Below, piece after piece: positions 61,017 to 64,000 of a stretch of 64,000 nucleotides of DNA. The stretch is from Terriglobia bacterium (GTDB lineage Bacteria; Acidobacteriota; Terriglobia; 20CM-2-55-15), in contig CAXWPJ010000002.1 of the NCBI GenBank assembly GCA_963664115.2, forward strand, positions 960,001 through 1,024,000, read 5' to 3'. The translations under genes were made by a program, and so were the position numbers. Numbering within the stretch: the stretch's first letter is position 1; each line of letters opens with the position of its first letter. The notes beneath the pieces are model-generated. The model worked only from the letters and a program-made list of their open reading frames with translations. It had not been told where the DNA came from and made no database searches.

Positions 61017-63317
61017 GTGATGACTGTCTTCACTAAAACAACCACTGCAGCGAGCGTTCTCTTGGTCCTGTCAACCATGACCCTGGGGCAGATTTCAGAC
61101 GATTCCATAGCGGTTGAAACGCTGGTTGTGGCTCCGGCCGAAGAAGGGGTCGAGTTCACCATCAACGCGACCGAGTGGGTCCGGTACACGTACTTTGACC
61201 TGGAAGGGCCGCGTCTCGTTGTCGACTTCCACAACGCGCGGAATGCCTTGGGATTTCTGAACAAGGAAGTGGGTCATGCCGGCGTCGACCGGGTCCGGGC
61301 GTCTTTGTTCACTGATGACAAGCGCGAAGTGACGCGTCTCGTATTTGACCTGGAGGAAGAAATACCCTATGAGGTCATTGATGATGGCGCGGGTCAAGTT
61401 CGTGTGCGTTTCGGTGTGAACGACGATCGGGCAGTGCAGGCACCCGGTACAGACTCGGGCGAGGGTCTGGCGAACCTCCCCACAGAGGACACTCCGATCG
61501 AGCCTGGACCTTCTGCCGACGCTTCTCTGATTCTGGCGACCTATGAGCCGACGGAAACGGAGACGATACCGAGAGTCTTGCCTGCGGTCGACGTCCATGA
61601 AGTCGCCCATGAAGTCATTGATGCGCTTGAAGTGGCCGAGGTGGTTGCTGTTGGAGACGGCACCCTTGAGATAGCAGAATTTGCTGCGGATGATGACCGA
61701 GAAGCGTCTCTGGTTCCCATAGCCGCGCCGGTTTTGACGCCGGCAGTGGAAACGGTATCGCTAGGCCAAGGTCTCTTAGCCTCGATATCGGAGCGCGCAG
61801 AGTTTGAGATTGGTGTGGCCCCAGCAGCTATCGTTGTGGAAGCGCTGGGATCTCCCGCCCCTGCCGGCGTCGATCCGGGATCCCTGGCCCGGCTTGAAAC
61901 GGCAGGTGTGCCTCCTCGATCTAACGCCGAGGCCCCCGCCGAAACCGTTCCTGTTGCCGGGATCGCAGCTGCCCCACCCCCGTCAGCGTTCTTGAGTCAG
62001 ACCGTCGAGCCTTCCCCAACGCCGCAGTACACCGGTGAGATTGCTACGTTTGATTTTAGAGATCTGGACCTGCAGGATTTCTTCCGATTAATCGGAGACA
62101 TCAGCGGTTTGAACGTGGTCTTGGATCCTGCGGTCAACGGCACCGTGACCTTGCTGTTACGCGCCGTGCCCTGGGATCAAGCTCTCGATTTGGTGCTCCG
62201 GAACAACAGCCTGGGTTATGAGTTGGAGGGGAATATTCTGAGGGTCGCCACGCGCGCCACCCTGCAGGCCGAAGAAGATGCAGCGCGCCTGTTGCGTGAA
62301 GCACAGGCATTGAATGCGCCGCTGATGACCGAGACCTACATATTGAGCTACACGCAGTCGGCAACGGTGTCGGCCATCGTTCAGGACCTGTTGTCGCCGC
62401 GAGGCACGATCATTACCGACCCGCGCCGCAATGCGCTGATTATCACCGACATCCCAAGCCAGTTTGGACGTGTGGGATCTCTCGTTTCGTTCCTCGACAC
62501 TCCGTCCCAGCAGGTGGAAATCGAAGCCCGCCTTCTTTCAGCGAGCAAGTCGTTCTCCAGAGATCTCGGTACCCAGATCGGTCTTCTGATTGGCAACAAC
62601 AGTCAGAACGCTGTTACGGGTCTCCCGGGCTCGGGAAGTCCCTTCGCCCGGACGCCTGTGCCCAGTGTGAACGTGGGTGGAGCCCTCCCGCTTATTTCCG
62701 ATTTTCCGGCTGGGGGGACGTCCGGACTGTCGTTCCTGCTCGGTGCGGGCGGCGACATCTTGTTAGACACGATTATTCAGGCAGCCGAGGCCAGAGGTAC
62801 CGCAAAACTGTTGTCCCGGCCCAGAATTACGACGCAGAACAATCAATCAGCGACTGTTTCCCAGGGCACTCAGATACCCGTTCAGACCAATGTGAACAAC
62901 ACGATTACGGTCACCTTCGTCGACTTTTCTCTCAGTTTGACCGTGACGCCACAGATAACGGAAGCCGGGACGATTTTGCTGACGGTGGCCATCGAGAACA
63001 GCAGCCCGGAATTCGGGCGATCCGTCAACGGCATCCCCTCGGTTTCCTCACAGCAGGCCACAACGCAGGTTCTCATACCCGATGGCGGAACCGCCGTGAT
63101 CGGAGGAATTCTGCTCGACAACGATTCCGTCAACGTCAGTCAGGTCCCCGGGCTGGGCAACATCCCCGTGCTGGGGAATCTGTTCAAGAGTGCGCAGGTG
63201 ATCAAGAGCACGAGCGAACTGTTGTTCTTCATTACGGCGCGCATCAAGCCGGCGAACCCGCTGGAGTTCCTGTCGGCAACGACATCGGAGGAGTCCTCCC
63301 AGCTCTTCGCTCAGTAA
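61017..63317 (+). CDS. pilQ: Type IV pilus secretin PilQ
   Basis: AMIN-like domain (PRLVVDF), YTGE/VPWDQALD, QQVEIEARL, VPGLGNIPVLGNLFK, ELLFFIT. Confidence 0.95.
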   Translation: MMTVFTKTTTAASVLLVLSTMTLGQISDDSIAVETLVVAPAEEGVEFTINATEWVRYTYFDLEGPRLVVDFHNARNALGFLNKEVGHAGVDRVRASLFTDDKREVTRLVFDLEEEIPYEVIDDGAGQVRVRFGVNDDRAVQAPGTDSGEGLANLPTEDTPIEPGPSADASLILATYEPTETETIPRVLPAVDVHEVAHEVIDALEVAEVVAVGDGTLEIAEFAADDDREASLVPIAAPVLTPAVETVSLGQGLLASISERAEFEIGVAPAAIVVEALGSPAPAGVDPGSLARLETAGVPPRSNAEAPAETVPVAGIAAAPPPSAFLSQTVEPSPTPQYTGEIATFDFRDLDLQDFFRLIGDISGLNVVLDPAVNGTVTLLLRAVPWDQALDLVLRNNSLGYELEGNILRVATRATLQAEEDAARLLREAQALNAPLMTETYILSYTQSATVSAIVQDLLSPRGTIITDPRRNALIITDIPSQFGRVGSLVSFLDTPSQQVEIEARLLSASKSFSRDLGTQIGLLIGNNSQNAVTGLPGSGSPFARTPVPSVNVGGALPLISDFPAGGTSGLSFLLGAGGDILLDTIIQAAEARGTAKLLSRPRITTQNNQSATVSQGTQIPVQTNVNNTITVTFVDFSLSLTVTPQITEAGTILLTVAIENSSPEFGRSVNGIPSVSSQQATTQVLIPDGGTAVIGGILLDNDSVNVSQVPGLGNIPVLGNLFKSAQVIKSTSELLFFITARIKPANPLEFLSATTSEESSQLFAQ

Positions 63318-63408
63318 TTGGAAACAGGCGATCCTCTATCCGGGTGAGGGTCCTCCGCCTTCGAGCGTAAGGATTGTCATCCGGAACAGGTTCGAACAGG
63401 TCGATCAG

Positions 63409-63786
63409 GTGCCTAGTCCTCTCTTCCAAGAAGTGTTTGAAAGCGTACGTAAGCAGCTCGCGGGTTTTCGGGCGCTCGCTCTCGTAAGCCTGGATGGCGG
63501 AGTCGTCGAACAGTTGACCGGCGATTCCACGCTCAATCCGGACACGCTGTCCGAGTTCGCCACGATCCTTCGCATTGCACAGCACACCTCCGAAGACACC
63601 GCCGCGGGCCAGCTTACCGAAATGTCATGGACCGCGGACCGGTCCCTGGTCCTCGCACGGCGTGTTGCGGGAGAAAGTTTTCTGATCCTGGCGGGAGAGC
63701 CGGAACTCCGTCTTGGTTTCGCCCGGTATCTGCTCAGAAGAGCTGCCTGGGAACTCCGGCCACAGTTTGAGAAAGCTCCAGGGTAG
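63409..63786 (+). CDS. Roadblock/LC7 (MglB-like) protein
   Basis: LVSLDG, LGFARYLLR, about 125 aa. Confidence 0.6.
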   Translation: MPSPLFQEVFESVRKQLAGFRALALVSLDGGVVEQLTGDSTLNPDTLSEFATILRIAQHTSEDTAAGQLTEMSWTADRSLVLARRVAGESFLILAGEPELRLGFARYLLRRAAWELRPQFEKAPG

Positions 63787-63831
63787 GAGCACGGCGTTGA
63801 TCTACGGTGCTACAAGTGCCGTTCGGTCCAA

Positions 63832-63840
63832 TGCTATACT
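63832..63840 (+). promoter_or_regulatory. Extended -10 element, possibly driving a short-leader accB transcript
   Basis: TGCTATACT 12 nt before ATG 63853; no clear RBS. Confidence 0.4.
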
Positions 63841-63852
63841 CTTCCGATTGTC

Positions 63853-64000
63853 ATGAACTTCAAAGAGCTGAAAGAACTCATAGAAATCGTTTCAACGAAC
63901 GATAACATCGAAGAACTTGAGGTCGAGAAAGCGGGCGTACGTCTGAAGGTCCGGAAAGCCGGGAGCGCTCGGAAGCCGACGCAGAGTTTCGACGTTCCGC
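63853..64000 (+). CDS. accB: Biotin carboxyl carrier protein N-terminus (runs off window)
   Basis: MNFKELKELIE...IEELEVEKAGVRLKVRK. Confidence 0.7.
   Translation, partial: MNFKELKELIEIVSTNDNIEELEVEKAGVRLKVRKAGSARKPTQSFDVP

Noticed and set aside
1-64000. tRNA, rRNA, CRISPR array, retron or defence systems
   Set aside because: None recognised by eye; small RNAs could be missed without covariance searches

Overview
GC-rich bacterial chromosomal segment, probably Acidobacteriota (inferred from gene content and architecture only). It has three parts. (1) A core block at 1.6-21 kb: yajQ, ssb, tolQRAB-pal-cpoB, recN, DUF151 nuclease, a divergent cofD, hemF, an M20 peptidase, a class V aminotransferase and UPF0182. 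(2) An accessory, partly decaying block at about 21-56 kb, rich in exported proteins: a CBM9/DUF5916 outer-membrane protein, a Tat-signal ThDP enzyme with a cytochrome c, PEBP, SMP-30, NHL and PQQ-type propellers, a DUF6152-like protein with a two-Cys partner and an endostatin/lectin-like protein. It also holds an orphan minimal flagellin with CsrA-type leader sites, a possible integron-cassette relic, a YdeP-type molybdoenzyme, a GGA-hairpin RNA candidate and a vasohibin-like Cys protease. (3) A type IV pilus pilMNOPQ operon followed by a roadblock gene and the start of accB. Five IS copies are present (three near-identical IS1380, a second IS1380 type and an IS630); every visible end abuts CTAG, and one copy separates the pil operon from its apparent promoter. 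The best candidates for undescribed biology are the exported His-His DUF6152/two-Cys partner/propeller island, the Tat-ThDP plus cytochrome c pair, a family of bulged hairpins at module junctions and the vasohibin-like protease. All family assignments come from motif recognition; no searches were run.
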